In this document: positions 39,353-52,720 of the stretch, in pieces
Position numbering within the stretch: the stretch's first letter is position 1
Layout of the letters: each line of letters begins with the position of its first letter
NCBI RefSeq assembly: GCF_004010195.1
Contig: NC_057717.1
Coordinates: 106,329,127-106,393,126 of the forward strand
Source: Chiloscyllium plagiosum
Taxonomy: Eukaryota
Direction: 5' to 3'
Length of the DNA: 64,000 bases
Made by a program: the position numbers and the translations under genes
The notes under the pieces: generated by a model
What the model saw: only the letters and a program-made list of their open reading frames with translations
Database searches by the model: none
What the model was told of the DNA's origin: nothing

Positions 39353-39685
39353 CAGGTGCACAATCCTTTCTCTGAAATGCTCAGTACAGCAGGTTTTCGG
39401 AATTCAGAATGTTTTGAATTTTGGAATAAGTGACAGTTCTATGGTGAAATTTTAAAAAATTTTACTGGAGGAGCATGACTCACTCAGTAAAACGGGACTT
39501 GAGAGAGAATTGAGGCCTGCCGGTGCTGGACCACGGCCCCGCATGTTGCGTCGAGTGGGTGTTGACTGGGTTAATTGTTTGCATGCCAAACAACATTGTT
39601 AATGAGAAAAAAACTTTACAAAAAATGCCTTTGGACTTCGGCGCTTTTCGGATTTCGTGATTTTGGATAAAGGGTTGGCTACCTG
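39353..39685. mobile_element. Tc1/mariner-pogo (Tigger-like) MITE
   Basis: Imperfect TIRs CAGGT...aatcctttctctgaaat / atttt.ggataaagggtt..ACCTG flanked by TA on both sides. Confidence 0.75.
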
Positions 39686-39708
39686 TAATAGTAATTTTAG
39701 ATTCTGAC

Positions 39709-39996
39709 CTTTGACCCTGATGTCCACTTCCTTCTTATCAATTCCATATTGATTGGCAGCTCTACCTTTATAAATTCCTTGGTGCTCTGAGGTTATGTAC
39801 GGAATGTGCAGAAATCCAGAGGGACCAATCTCAATGTTGCTGCCATTACTGGGGTTTACCCACTCTAATGTAGGTGAGGGTCTTCCATTGGACTTACAGC
39901 TTAATGTAATTTCATCACCTTCAGCAGTTTCTACTGGAACGCCTGACATGGTTTTGCTATTTACCGATATGGTCATGATTGTGTCTTGTGGTTTAT
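39709..39996 (-). CDS. Gene B exon: membrane-proximal Ig domain D6 (xKPQDT...LSCKSNGRPSP...W...HQGIYKGRAANQYG...IRVK)
   Basis: Acceptor cttttccag|AT, donor G|gtcaga, 288 nt, open frame. F-strand motif is G-I-Y-K-G (GGT) instead of Y-x-C (TGT). Confidence 0.85.
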
Positions 39997-40330
39997 CTGG
40001 AAAAGAGAAGAAAAAGATGAAAATAGGCAGGCAGACAGGATCACTGATACAGCTCTCCAACACGGCTTCAATTAACAGGATGTCTAAACCTCACCACATA
40101 TTGTGCTGTCATCTATCTTCCAACAATCATTTCAGAACAGGTGAATCTCTGCAGTCGTGTTACAGCCTGGGTCGTACTTACAGTCATCTGTTATTATGAC
40201 GGCTGTTCACAGTGAAATGCAGTCATTGTGTAAATACTAATTCAGGTTTACAGCTAGTGGGTTTCATAGTCTAAGGGTTCACACTGCTCAGAATATTCAA
40301 AGATTCAATTTCATGTAATCTGTTGCTCAT

Positions 40331-40576
40331 ACAAAATAGTTGCATTTAGAGATGAGGTTTTAGATCAGTGCTCATTTTTGACCGTGCACACATACAGTCC
40401 CCCATGCTGCATTTGAACAGATGGGATAAAGAGTATTTCTCTGCTTTCCATTTTCCCATCTTTGATCCAGACCCTCTGGGGATCTGGGTTCCCTTGCCCA
40501 TGACATGTTAAATTCTGTGATTCCCCTTCAATCCAGTTTTCTTGAGCTTTAAAGATCACTGCTTTTGCTGGTGCAT
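40331..40576 (-). pseudogene. Gene B exon: Ig domain D5, disabled (xAPAKAVI...LTCHGQGNPDP...W...GLYVCTVKNEH*SKTSSLNATIL)
   Basis: Acceptor ctttacag|AT intact. TGA at 40365-40367 falls where the N-x-x-G motif predicts GGA. The phase-1 donor reads T|atgagc rather than gt. Confidence 0.75.
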
Positions 40577-41579
40577 CTGTAAAGTTCATTCCAATCAAAA
40601 ATTAAATCAGTATACTACACGACTCAAAGTTCAAATATTCTTCAAATTCTTTCTGGTGCTCTCCAGATTTTAATATTTAGAATAAAATTGGTTTCTATTT
40701 TAAAACCCAGTGTCAAACAGTACCAAACAGTACTGAATCAAACAGTACCAGGCAAAGTAAAGCACAGGATAAAAGGTGGAATAACCTGCTCTGAATTCTG
40801 TGAAAAATGTAACATTCTGAGTGCTGCTTTTCAGAAATTTCCAATTAATTTCGTTTTCTGTTGGGATCCTGAGTAACTGAGGAAAGAGGTTATAAATACA
40901 TTTCAGAGACTGGGTTACCTTCATACAGCAATTGTAATAGGGTTTTTAAATACTGGGAGATAGACTGATACAGAGGTAATATAAAGACCAACAAAGGGAA
41001 AGTATTCCGAGACTGTTCCGGAGAATTTTCTCCAGCAGTAAGTGTCCAGACCGATAAGAAAGGAGGAACTGCTCGACCTGGTCATGGGAATGGGCCAAAT
41101 GAAGCAAATGTCAGTGGGAGAACACGGAGGGCTCAGTGATCATCGTATCATCAGTACAATGGCAGAAAATGACATTGGTCAATCCAGAGTAAGAATATTC
41201 AACTGGGGGAGAGTGGCCTTCAGTAGGGCAAGAACACAGCAGGATCAAGTGAACGACAACCAAAGGTTCATGGGAAAATCAATGGCTGAACAAAGAGCTG
41301 TCTTCAGAGAAGAAATGGTCTGGGCACAGTCAAAGTAAATTCCCACAAATGGGAAAAGGGAGACAAACAAATGCAGAGCTCCCTTGATGTCAAAGGAGAT
41401 GGATATTCAGAAAAGGAAGTGTGTTTATGACATGTGTCAGGTAGTAATTGCAGTTAAGAACCAAGTACAATACAGAAGGTTCAGAAGTGATGTTAAAAAG
41501 TAAAGTGAGAAACAGATTGTGTGGACTGACATTGAACATAAAGAAAATCTGGATATCACTGACAGGTACATCTAAAATA

Positions 41580-43228
41580 AAAACACAGAACATTATAGCG
41601 CAGTACAGGCCCTTCGGTCCTGGATGTTGCGCCAACGTGTGAAACCAATCTGAAGCCAATCTAACCTACACCAGTCCATTTTCATCCATATGTTTATCCA
41701 ATGACCATTTAAATGCCCTAAAGGTTTGCAGGGTGTTCCATGCCCCTACTACTCTCTGAGTAAAGAAACTACTTCTGACATCTGTCCTATATCTATCACC
41801 CCTCAATTTAAAGCTATGTCCCCTCGTGCTAGCCATCACCATCCAAGGAAAAAGACTCTCACTGTCCATCCTATCTAACCCTCTGATTATCTTATATGTC
41901 TAAATGAAATCATCTCTCAACCTTCTTCTCCCAAAGGAAAACTGCCTAAAGTCCCTCTGCCTTTCCTCGTAAGACCTTCCCTCCATACCGGACAACATTG
42001 TTGTAAATCTTCTCTGAAAATTTTCCAAAGCTTTCACATTTTTCCTATAATGCAGTGATCAGAACTGTATGCAATACTCCAAACATTGCCACACCACAGA
42101 TCTGCACAGCTGCAACATGACCTCATGGCTCCAAAACTCAATCCCTCTACCAATAAGAGCTAACATACTGTATGCATTCTTAACAACCCTATCAAATTGG
42201 GTGGCAACTTTCAGGGATCTATGTACATGGACACTAAAATCTCTGCTCATCAACACGACCAAGAATCTTACCATTAGCCCATTACACTGTAATCCTCTTG
42301 CTCCTCCCAAAGTGACTCACCTCACACTTTTCCGCATTAAACTCCATTTGCCACCTCTCAGCCCAGCACTGCAGCTTATCTATGTCCCTCTGTAACCCGC
42401 AACATCCTTCAGTACTAGTCACAACTCCACCAACCTTAGTGTCATATGCAAATTTACTAACCCATCATTCTGCGCCCTCATCCAGGTCATTTATAAAAAT
42501 GACAAACAGCAGTGGCCCCAAATCAGATCCTTGTGGTACACCTGTAGTAACTGAACTCCAGGATGATCATTTCCCATCAACCACTACCCTCTGTCTTCTT
42601 TCAGCTCACCAATTTCTCATCCAAACTGCTAAATCACCCTCAATCCCATGCCTTCATATTTTCTGCAATAACCTAGTGTGGGGAATCTTATCAAACGCCT
42701 TACTGAAATTCATATACATGACATAAACTGCTTTACCCTCATCCTCCTGTTTAGTCACCTTCTCAAAGAACTCAATAAAGTTTGTGAGGTACAACCAACC
42801 CTTCACAAAACCATGTTGACTATCCATAATCAACTTATTCCCTTCTACATGATTATAAATCCTATCTCTGATATCCCTTTCCAACACTTTACCCACACCA
42901 AAGTAAGGTTCACTGGTCTACAATTACCAGGGTTGTCTCTACTCCCCTTCTTGAACAAGGGGACATTTGCTATCCTCCAGACTTCTGGCACTATTCCTGT
43001 AGACAATGCCAACATAAAGATCAATGCCAAAGGGTCTGCAATCTCCTGCTTGGCTTCCCAGAGAATCCTAGGATAAACCCCATCTGGCCCAGGGGTCTTA
43101 TCTATTTTCACACTTTCCAGAATTGCTAACACCTCCTCCTTGTGAACCTCAATCCCATCTGGTCTCGTAGCCTGTATCTCAGTATTCTCCTTGACCACAT
43201 TGTCTTTTTCCAGTGTGAATACTGATGA
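41580..43228 (-). mobile_element. 5'-truncated CR1 (RT + 3' end) nested in the older CR1
   Basis: KTPGPDG, QHGFVKG, FSKAFDK, FFTQRVV motifs. Confidence 0.88.
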
Positions 43229-43717
43229 AGAGGGTGGTGTAAGGGGGATTCGGGACAATGAAAGGGGCAAGTGGCATGGCTGAGGTGGTAAACTATTTTT
43301 CTATTTCTGTCTTTACCAAAGAGGTAGATGCTGCCCAGGCCATGGTGACAGAGGAGGAAATTTCATCACTTTGAATGGTTTAGATTTGATAAAGAGGAGC
43401 TTTTGGATAAGCTGTCAATATCTAAAGGTGAAAAGTCCCAGAACCAGATGAAATGCTTCCAAAGACCTTGGAGGAAGTGAGAATTGAAATTGCAGAGGCA
43501 CTAGCAATAATCTTTCAATCTGGCCTGGATTTGAGGACAGTGCTGGAGGAGTTTAGAATTGCAAACCTTTTTCAAAAAAGATTGAACCAGCAATTACAAA
43601 CTAATCAGTTAAACTTTGGCAATGGGGACACTCCGAGAAGCAATTGCTGATAAAATAATTAATCGTCACATGGAAATACTTTGTAGATGTGGAAGAATCT
43701 GCATGGATTTTTTTTAG

Positions 43718-43920
43718 AGGGTCACTTTAGCTCAGTTGGCTGGATGGTTGGTTTGTGAAGCAGTGTGATACCAACAGTCTGGATTCAATTCCCATCACCA
43801 GCTTTGGTTACTATGAAAGTCTCTCCTTTTCAGAATGTCGCCTCATCAGGAGCATGGTGACCATGAGTCATCTCTCTCTAAGGGGAGAGCAACCCTTTGG
43901 TCTGGTTAGACAATGTTGAC
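43718..43920 (+). mobile_element. tRNA-derived SINE
   Basis: A box tagctcagttgg and B box ggattcaattcc. Confidence 0.6.
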
Positions 43921-44309
43921 ACAATAATATCAACAACAAAATGAAGGGAAAGTGTGTCTAAGTAACTTGGAGTAGTTTCAAGACTAATAGAAATGGTTGA
44001 TGAGGACTAGGTTGTTGATGTGGTGTATAGGGTTCCAAAAGGTGATTGATACTGTACCACACAACAAATGTTTGAGGAAAGTGATAGGTCATGGAATAAA
44101 AGGGACTATACTAATGAGGATACAAACTTGGCTGAGTGACATGAAACGGAGCATGACAGTTAATGGATACTTGTGGTAGAGTTTCAACTGTACCAGTTGG
44201 AAGGCTTGTGGTAGAGTTCCCCACCTCTAATTTTATGGTTGTAAATGTTCTAGATCTTGTTGTGTAAGGGACAATTCCAAAATGTGTTCATGTCACAAAA
44301 TGTGGAAGC

Positions 44310-44787
44310 ATCCATGTCAGATGCCATATCACTTGCCCTTCACTCCTTCCTAGAACATCTTGACACCAAGAACAGCTATGTAAGAATCCTACTCTTTGAC
44401 GACAGTTCAGCCTTCAACACTATTATCCCCTCGAGACTGATTCCATCTACCAGGCCCGCGGTCAAGGAAAGGCCGGCAGCATTCTCAAAGATTCATCCCA
44501 CCCTGGCAATGTTTATCTACAACCTCTACCATCGGGGAGAAGGTACAGAAGCCTGAACACATGCACCAGCCAGTTTCGAAACAGCTTCTCCCCTATTGTT
44601 GTTAGAATACTGAATGGACTCCCAAACTCTTAACATTCACCTGTATCTGTGTTTTTCTTTTTGCTGCTATTTACCTATTATTTACTTATCTGTGCTACTT
44701 AACTATGTGATCTGCCTGTATTGCTCGCAAGACAAAGCTTTTCACTGTGCCTCGATACATGTGACAATAAATTCAATTCAATTCAAA
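44310..44787 (+). mobile_element. Internally deleted Rex1/Babar-type LINE
   Basis: DAISLALH...EHLD...[18 protein letters not shown] motif; aataaa followed by (TTCAA)n tail. Confidence 0.7.
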
Positions 44788-45361
44788 CATTGTAGACTGT
44801 GAGGAGAACAATGTCAAGGTCATTTATAAGGCTGAAGTAGGCAGATGGGTGACAGAGGCAGTGGCACATTGGTATACAGTTGGCAACAAGTTGTCCTGGG
44901 AGGCTCCAACATTGACTGTGGACCCCAGAAAATGACACAACATTTGGTCAAACATAGACAAGGAAACCTCCTGCTGATGACCATAATCCCCTCCTGTTCT
45001 GAATTTGTACTCCTCCATCTTGAACATCATTTAGAGGAAGCACTGAGGGTAGCCGGGTGCAGAATATACTGTGGGTGGGACACTTCAATGTCCATTGCCT
45101 AGAGTGACTCGGCAGCATCACCACTGACTGAGCTGTTCAAGTACTAAAGGACATTGCTGCTAGACTGGGTCTGTGGCAGGTCAAGAGAGAACCAACAAGA
45201 GGAACAAGCAAACTTGACCTCATCTCCACCAATTCGCCAGCTCCAGATCAGTCTCTGCAAGACAGTGATCACCATGCAGTCCTTGTGGAGACAAAATGCT
45301 GTTTCACAGTGGGGATACCCTTCATCGTGTTGTGGGCTCCATTACTGTACTAAATGGGATA

Positions 45362-45660
45362 CATGACTTGGAGGTGCCAGTGTTGGACTGGGGTGGACAA
45401 GGTTAAAAATCACAAAACACCAGGTTATAGTCCAACGGGTTTATTTGGAAGCACTAGTTTCAGAGCGCCGTTCCTTTATCAGGTGGTTGTGGAGAATAAG
45501 ATCATGATTACAGAATTTATAGCCAAGGGAGTCCAGTGTTACAGAGATGTGATACATTAAACAATTTTAGGTTAAGTCTTTCATCTGTTAGAATGGGATA
45601 TGCCGGTTTCTGTTCTTTGATATGTAAAACCCAGAACTTCTTTTAAATTACATAAATTTC
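45362..45660 (-). mobile_element. Penelope-type terminal fragment (same family as 60188-61056)
   Basis: Shares aaaaatcaca..acaccaggttatagtccaac; decayed hammerhead on the minus strand. Confidence 0.65.
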
Positions 45661-45799
45661 AATAAAATTACAATTGTCTTGGACCCCCCTCGCCTCAGCG
45701 CCAAGAACTTGTGCTGCTAAGCGAGTGTAGTAACCAGAGTGCAACAGTTTCCCCACATGAAGAGAGTTCTTGCACAGGCACCTTCCACACCGTCAGGAA

Positions 45800-46110
45800 T
45801 GTACTGTGGCTCCATGGTTATCATTGATGCCTCAGCACCAGGGACCCGGGTTCGATTCCAGCCTCAGGTAACTGCCTGTGTGGAGTTTGCATATTCTCCC
45901 CATCTCTGCATGGGTTTCCTCCGGGTGCTCCGGTTTCCTCCAACAGTCCAAAGATGTTCAGGTCAGGTGAATTGGCCATGCTAAATTGCCCATAGTGATA
46001 GGTGCATCAGTAGGGAGTTGGGAAATGGGTCTGTGTGGGTTACTGTTCAGAGGGTCGGTGTGGATTGTTGGTCTGAAGGGCCTGATTCGCAACTATAGGG
46101 AATCTAATCA
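45800..46110 (+). mobile_element. HE1-type SINE, diverged
   Basis: B box gggttcgattcc, HE1-type body, aatctaatc tail. Confidence 0.8.
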
Positions 46111-48267
46111 TGAAGTTCAGGACCCTTACGGACAGTGATCGACCGGAACACCATGTCGCCATCATTGCTCAGGAACGCAGGTGCGATGATACTGACATCA
46201 CCATACTGAGTGAAACCTGGTAGGCAGGGGAAGGACAGCTCAGGGACAAAGGTAGTGACTACACCTTCTTCTGGAAAGGCAAGGCTGAAGAAAAGTTCCC
46301 ATCCTGGAGTCGGCTTCACCATCAAAAATGAACTGGTGCATGAACTGAAAGGCTCCTCCTTCGGAATAAATGAATGCCTCATGACACTTTGATTCCCCCT
46401 TGATGGGTATTAGTATGTCAGGATAGGCAGTGCATATACACCAAATCTCAAAGCAGCAGATGAGAAGGAGAAATTCTACTCCAACCTTGACAAATCTCTC
46501 TCACGGGTCCCTGCAGCGGAGAAACTTATCAACCTTGGCAACCTCAGTGCCAGAGTCAGCAAAAGTGCAGAGGTCTGGGACAATGCGATCAGGAAAGAGG
46601 GAGCAGTGATGCAAAACTCCAATGGCACCCTTTTCCCGATCAAATGCTGTGAACACAACCTCCTCATCATTCACACACCGTTCCACCAAAGGGACAAATA
46701 CAGGACAATGTGGCAACACCCCCGCTGGAAACACTGACGCCTCCTTGACTATGTCATTGTCAGATGAGGGATCGAAAAGATGTTAGAATTACACATGCCA
46801 TGACCACAGCCAGCGACCTCTGGACAGACTGTCACCTGATCCAAGCCAGGATCAACATACTTCCAGACCCGCAGCAGAGGAGACAACAGAAGCAATTCCA
46901 AAAACAGTTTAACATTGAGGCACTTAAAGACCGGGAGAAAATAGCCTCAGACAATCAACTCGTCTCCACAAACCTAGCGAGTCTCAGCGATACCATGTCA
47001 CGGGATCCCAACAGTCTCTGGTCCACCCTTAAGACTACCATTATCACTGCCTGCAAAATGCCAGTCAGCCAATCCACCAGGAAACACCAGGACTGATTTG
47101 ATGAGAATGATCTGGAGATTAAGGAACTACCAAGCTGGAAGCGCATGGCATTTCTGAGTGAAAACAAAAACTGTATATTCAAAAATGGAAAGGCAGGTTT
47201 ACAGGTGCTGAAGGCTGAGGAACAAAACCAAACCCACAACATAAAAAATGGGTGGTGGGTGGAGAAACACTGGAGATCCAACAAATGGCCAACAGCCATG
47301 GTGTGATGGGTTTCTTCTGCGTTGTCAAGACGACATACAACCAAACAGCCAAGGCCCCACTCCACTGCTGGCCAAGGACAGAGTGACTCTTATCAAAGAT
47401 AAAGAAACCATCAAAAAGTGTTGGGAGAAGCACTTCAGAGACCTCAAGCAGGGCTCTGTCATTGATCTGAGCATTCTTGAATGCATCCTACAGCATTCTA
47501 CACACCATGGGCTCAGCAATACCCCAGCCCTGCACGAAATAGAGAAGACTGTCCGCCATCTTAAGAACAACCAGACAGCTAGAGGAGACAGTACACCCAC
47601 TGAGGTATTGAAATGCAGAGGCAAAGACCTACTGTTGCAGTTGACAGCCTTGTCTGCCTTATCTGGAACGAGGAGAGCATCTCAGAACTGCTCCGAGATG
47701 CCACAGTTCAGAGTATTTCCAAAAAAGGGAACAAGTCCAAATGTGGTAACTACAGAGGAATCTCCCTGCTGTTGACGGCAAGGTCCTCCACAAGTATTTC
47801 CTCCCTGTGGCTGAGGAACTCCTCCCGGAGTCACAGTGTGGTTTTCACCACGGAGGGGCACAATGGACATGGTTGTCACTGTGCGACAGCTGCAGGAGAA
47901 ACGCAGAGACAAGAACCTCCCCTGGACATGGCTGCCTTCGACCCTACAAAGGCCTTTGACACTGTCAACTGGCGAGCATATGCAGGGTCCTTTTCTGTTT
48001 TGATTGTACCATGAAGTTTGTCACCATCCTTCACCTGCTCCAGGACAAAGTGGAAGTCAATGGTCAAAGACCATCAAAAGTGGAGGAGGAGCATCCAGAA
48101 AGGTATTGAGCATCTCCAGCCTTGTATTGGCAGAAAATGGAAGCCAGGCCACAACATCAAAAGCAGTGCGCTGCCACACCAACACTCCACCCACCCCTTC
48201 CCCAGGTCACCACCTACCTGAGCGGTGATGAGAATCGTCGTCGTCGTCGTCGTCGTCGTCGTCATCG

Positions 48268-48319
<52 letters not shown>

Positions 48320-48355
48320 TTGCTAGGAACCACCAACGATGATGGGCCACCTGTT
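46111..48355 (+). mobile_element. Decayed RTE (BovB-like) LINE
   Basis: Endonuclease fragments (LSET..GEGQL...YTFFWKG, GVGFTIKN, WTDCHL) and RT fragments (KKGNKSKCGNYRGISLL, FDPTKAFDTVN). Confidence 0.85.
48235..48318 (+). repeat. Compound microsatellite (CGT)n(CAT)n
   Basis: Seen directly; near the RTE 3' end. Confidence 0.95.
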
Positions 48356-49017
48356 GTGAGATGTAGTCAAGGGCACTCACCTCCATAGTTACACTTTAGG
48401 AAGGGAGTGATAGCCTGGTGGATAATGTAAAAGAGAGTCATTAAAATGGGACAAGGGATGAGTGGCTTCCCTTATGTGGAAAGAATGGAAAAGTTGGGAT
48501 TCTGCCAATCAGGCAGTGAGGGTCAAGAGAAGTTCTGATAGTCATGTTCAAGATAATGAACCAATTGTAGACAAATAAAGAGGAGTTTTTAGTGGCAAAA
48601 GGTTTGATAATCATGAGACACAGATTTAAGGTGATTAGAAAAGGAACAAATGTGATGTGATTGTTTTTTTAAAGAAAGCAGTTGATTGTTTTCTAGCATG
48701 AATAGTGGAAGCAGATGCACTAGTGTCTTTCACAGGAGAATTGGAAAAATATTTGAAGGGGAAACACATACTCCCATGATTGCACTCTGTGGCACAATGC
48801 ACCGGGGTAATAATGGACAGTGTCCTCACATGTCCTGACCCCAGGATCTGTATCCCTTTGGTCTCAGTGACAAAGGAGCTGCTGCAAGGCAGTCCCTGTG
48901 TGAGGAGACCAATTCAAATTGGTTCGGACTAAGAGGAAAGTTGGGATGAGGATTTCATTGTCTCCATTTTGAAAAAAAATCCCACTGACGTTTTGTGAGG
49001 AAAGTAATGCTACTTAC

Positions 49018-49305
49018 ACAGGACATGGAGGGTTTCAATCTGTTGTTTTATAACAGGGCTTGTCATTGACTGATCTTGAAGTTTCAGTTCAGCTTCACAG
49101 ATATACTGCTGTCCATCCAGCTTAACTTGAGCTTCTACTGTATGAGAGATAGTGAGCCCAGTACTGCTTGATCCATTCACTAATGTGTCATTTCCTTTCT
49201 TCAGTCTGAGTTCAAGATCCCCTGAGACTTTTAACACAAGGCATGTAATATTAACCAGATTTCCTTCCTGGCTGGTTGGTACTTGGATTTCAGGGGAAGA
49301 GAAAG
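49018..49305 (-). CDS. Gene B exon: Ig domain D4 (xFSSPEIQVPTSQEGNLVNITC...DGQQYICEAEL...LHVL)
   Basis: Acceptor tattatttttag|CT, donor T|gtaagt, 288 nt, open frame, both cysteines present. Confidence 0.85.
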
Positions 49306-50073
49306 CTAAAAATAATAGAAAGATACTGTTAGAAACATTGTTGTATCTAGTAGTCCCTCAGTGTGAGGTTAATAACAATGAAACAAAGGCAGATTGCATT
49401 TCGTGCTCTTGCTCATCCTCTGCTTCATTGCTGTATCAGGGAGATGTACAAAGCCCTACATCATCTTTCCATGTTCCTTCAGTGTCTGCAGTATCTTAGT
49501 CAACATTCATTCCTGACCCAAACTCACCAAAAATGTATTCTGCTCGTTTCTGTTTGTAGAATCCTGAAATCTGTATTTATTTTAATGCAGATTTATTTAT
49601 TACCGCCTGTTTCTTCCACACGGTATATTCCTGATTGGTGTATGTTTTTGCACCCCTGCAGTTTTTAGGGTACATTGGTTGTTTAAACATTTAAACATTC
49701 TCTTGTGATCCTGGAATACTAAGTGTGAGTAACACTCACCTATGAGCAGCGCATACAATGTCAATCACATTATCTCAGGATCTCAGAATATCTCGAGTCA
49801 TTAAGACTTTCTCAGAATGCTTTTCATTGACAGAGGGTCATATAGAATATATGGCACAGAAACAGACCATTCCAACTAATTAGCCAATGTTTATGCTTTA
49901 CTCAACCAAGTGTCTGAGTATACAAACATTTCCACAAGCTTCCCAATTTGTTACTCAATGAAAAGGATTTTATTACTGAAAGTGGTGGAAATGCTGACAT
50001 GTTGTATTGTTGACAGTGATGAACTATCAGAATGTTGTCTGATTTTAAACTCCCCCACAACCAGAATTCTTAC

Positions 50074-50367
50074 CATACACCTCAATGAAAGCACTATTAT
50101 TCTTTGAGGGAATTGATGGATATTTCTCAAAATCGGCCATACAGACGACTTCCAACAGACCAGATTCCTGTGGTGTCCATGCTGCTGTTATTCGGACAAT
50201 GTTGGAATTTGGCCTTGTGGTATCTGAGTTCAGTTCCACACCATCCTGAAACCATCTTACTCTCATCTTCTCAGTAGGATAGACACTTGAGACCTCACAT
50301 GTTAATGTGACCTCTTGCTTCACTTCTTTGGGTCTTTTGTCCAGGATTCTAGGCTGATCCATGAAAG
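50074..50367 (-). CDS. Gene B exon: Ig domain D3 (xFMDQPRIL...LTCEVSSVYP...VRW...VVCMADF...IEVY), non-canonical acceptor
   Basis: Open Ig frame with both cysteines and the tryptophan; donor G|gtaaga. The expected acceptor reads ttataC|ct instead of AG, and an in-frame TGA lies just upstream. Confidence 0.75.
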
Positions 50368-50609
50368 GTATAATTCAGACAAGAAATTCACTTCATTTTA
50401 ATTTGCTGCAGTGTGTTTCAGTTTATAATGGACAGAGTGGGAAACTGGCCAGTGTAGGTATTGGACAATACACCACCCCAGGAATATATCACATTCACTC
50501 ATAGTCATAAAACTGGAGTCATCTGCAGGAGGCCATAGTGCATTTTGAGAGGGAACTGGCAATGCCAATCACGGTGTGCGATTGGTAAATTTGTCTAAGT
50601 ATTTTTGAC

Positions 50610-50950
50610 AATTCATTCATAGGATAAGGGCATTACAAGCTGGACAGCATTTATTACCCATCCCTAATTGCTCAGAGGGCAGTTCAGAATTAACCATGTT
50701 GCTCTAGGTCTGGAGTCACATCTGGGCCAGACAAGGAAAGGATGGCAGTTTCCTTCCCTGAAGGACATTAGTGAACCAGATCAGTTTGTACACCAATCAG
50801 CAATGGATTCATGGTCATCGTTGGACTGTTAATTCCAGATTTTGTTTTTGTTAGATTCAGATTCCACTATGGCAGGATTCAAACCCAGGTCATGGGAACA
50901 TTATCTAGATCTCTGGATTAAGGGTCCAGGGATAATATGTTTAGGCCAGC
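50610..50950 (-). mobile_element. tRNA-derived SINE (family of 14700-15035)
   Basis: Reverse-complement similarity to 14700-15035. Confidence 0.65.
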
Positions 50951-51134
50951 ACCTCAGTTCAAAACCACAAAACAGCTCATCTATTTTATTTTTAAATTAA
51001 TTCTTGCTACTTTTCAACTATTAAGGCCTTTGACCATCGTGTATGTCAGTTTCGTGTATGTCAGTCACTCTGAGCAGTACAGGCTGATGCACTCCTGATT
51101 TACCTTTGCTTTGATCTTTACTTGCATCTGTCTA

Positions 51135-52720
51135 GAATATCCTTCTTAAAGGGGAGGATGAGCAGCTAGAGGCCCTGGTACACATCCATACCAGTGACAT
51201 AGCTCGGAAAAGGGATGAGGACCTGAAAAGTGAATATAGGGAGTTAGTTTGGAAGCTTAAAGGCAGGATGAGCAGAGTAGTAATCTCAGGTTTGTTACTA
51301 GTGCCACGGGCTAGTGAGGCTAGAAATAGAGAGTAAGTGCAGATGAACACGTGCCTGCAGAGCTGATGTCAGAGGGGGGGCTTCAGATATGTGGGTCATT
51401 GAGACACGTTCTGGGGAAGGTGGGATCTGTACAAGGAGGACGGGTTGCACCTGAACTGAAGGGGCATCAGTATCTTGGGCAGCAGGTTTGCTAGAGCTCT
51501 TGGGGAGGGCTTAACTAGATTGGCAGAAGGATGACAACTAGATCTATGGATCAGAGATGAGGTAGCTGGTGAACAGGCAAACACAGCATGCCGAGAGTCT
51601 GTGAGGAAGGATAAACAGTTGATAGGTCAAAGTTTCAGTCAGTGTGATGGGTTGACATGTGTCAATTTTAACGCAAGAAGTGTCAGGAATAAGGATAATG
51701 AACTTAGACCATGGATTTGTACTTGGAGCTACAATGTGTAGCCATTATGGAGATTTGGATATCACATGGGCAGAAATGGTGTTGGATGTTCCACGATTTA
51801 AAATGTTTCAAAAGGAAATAGAAAGAGGTAAAAGAGGTGGGGGAGTGACATTGCTAAGCAGGGATAGTATCACAGCTGCAGAAAGGGAGGGCGTTGAGGA
51901 GGGTTTGTCTACAGAGTCAGTATGAGTGGATGTCAGAAACAGGAAAGGAGCAGACACTTTATTGGGAAGTTTCTAGATAACCCCCCCCCCCCCTCCCCCA
52001 ACAGCAGCAGAAACACAGAGGAGCAGATTGGGAGGCAGATTTTGGAAGGTGCAGAAACAACAGTTGTTGTCATGGGTGACTTCAACTTCCCTAATTTTGA
52101 TTGGAACCTCCTTGGTTCAAATGGTTTGGATGGAGCAGACTTTGACAGGTGTGTCCAGGAAGGATTCCTGACTCAATATGTAGATAGGCTGATTAGAGGG
52201 GTGCTTGGCAATGAATCAGGTCAGGTGTCGGATCACTTAGTGGGAGAGCATTTCGGTGACAGTCATCACAACTCCCTGACCTTTACTGTACTCATGAAGA
52301 GGGATAGGAGCAGGGTTTTTGAGAAAGTATTTAGTTGGAGGAGGGTGAATTAAAATGCTATTAGGCAGGAACTGGTGTGCCGAAATTGGGAACAGATATT
52401 ACAGGGAAATGCATGAGAGAAATGTAGCGGTTGTGGAGGGAGCACTTGCTGCAAGTTCTGGATTGGTTTGTCCCACTGAGGCAAGGAAGGGATGGTAGGT
52501 TGAAGGAACCTTGGATGACAAAGGATGTGGAACATTAAATCAACAGGAAGAAGGAAGCGTACTTAAGGTTGAGGAGGCAAGGATCAATCAGACAGGGCTT
52601 TAGAGGTTTACAAGGTAGCCAGGAAGGAACTGAAGGTTGGACTTAGGAGATCTAGAAGGGGGCATGAAAAACCTTTAGCAGGTAGGATTAAGGATAACAC
52701 TAAGGCATTCTACACTTACT
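51135..52720 (+). mobile_element. CR1 fragment (ORF1 esterase end + endonuclease)
   Basis: DGLHLN-type and MGDFNFP motifs. Confidence 0.85.

Larger units (their letters stand above)
40950..44300 (+). mobile_element. Old CR1 ORF2 remnant interrupted by younger insertions
   Basis: LLDLV...EHGGLSDH, EIAEALAIIFQS and FQKVIDTVPH fragments in order. Confidence 0.7.

Noticed and set aside
48074-48388. Poly-Arg/His and poly-Met/Thr ORFs
   Set aside because: Translations of the microsatellite.
40329-50369. AT donor and AC acceptor as a U12-type AT-AC intron
   Set aside because: They belong to different introns, in the wrong order, and lack the ATATCCTT donor consensus; point mutations are the simpler explanation.
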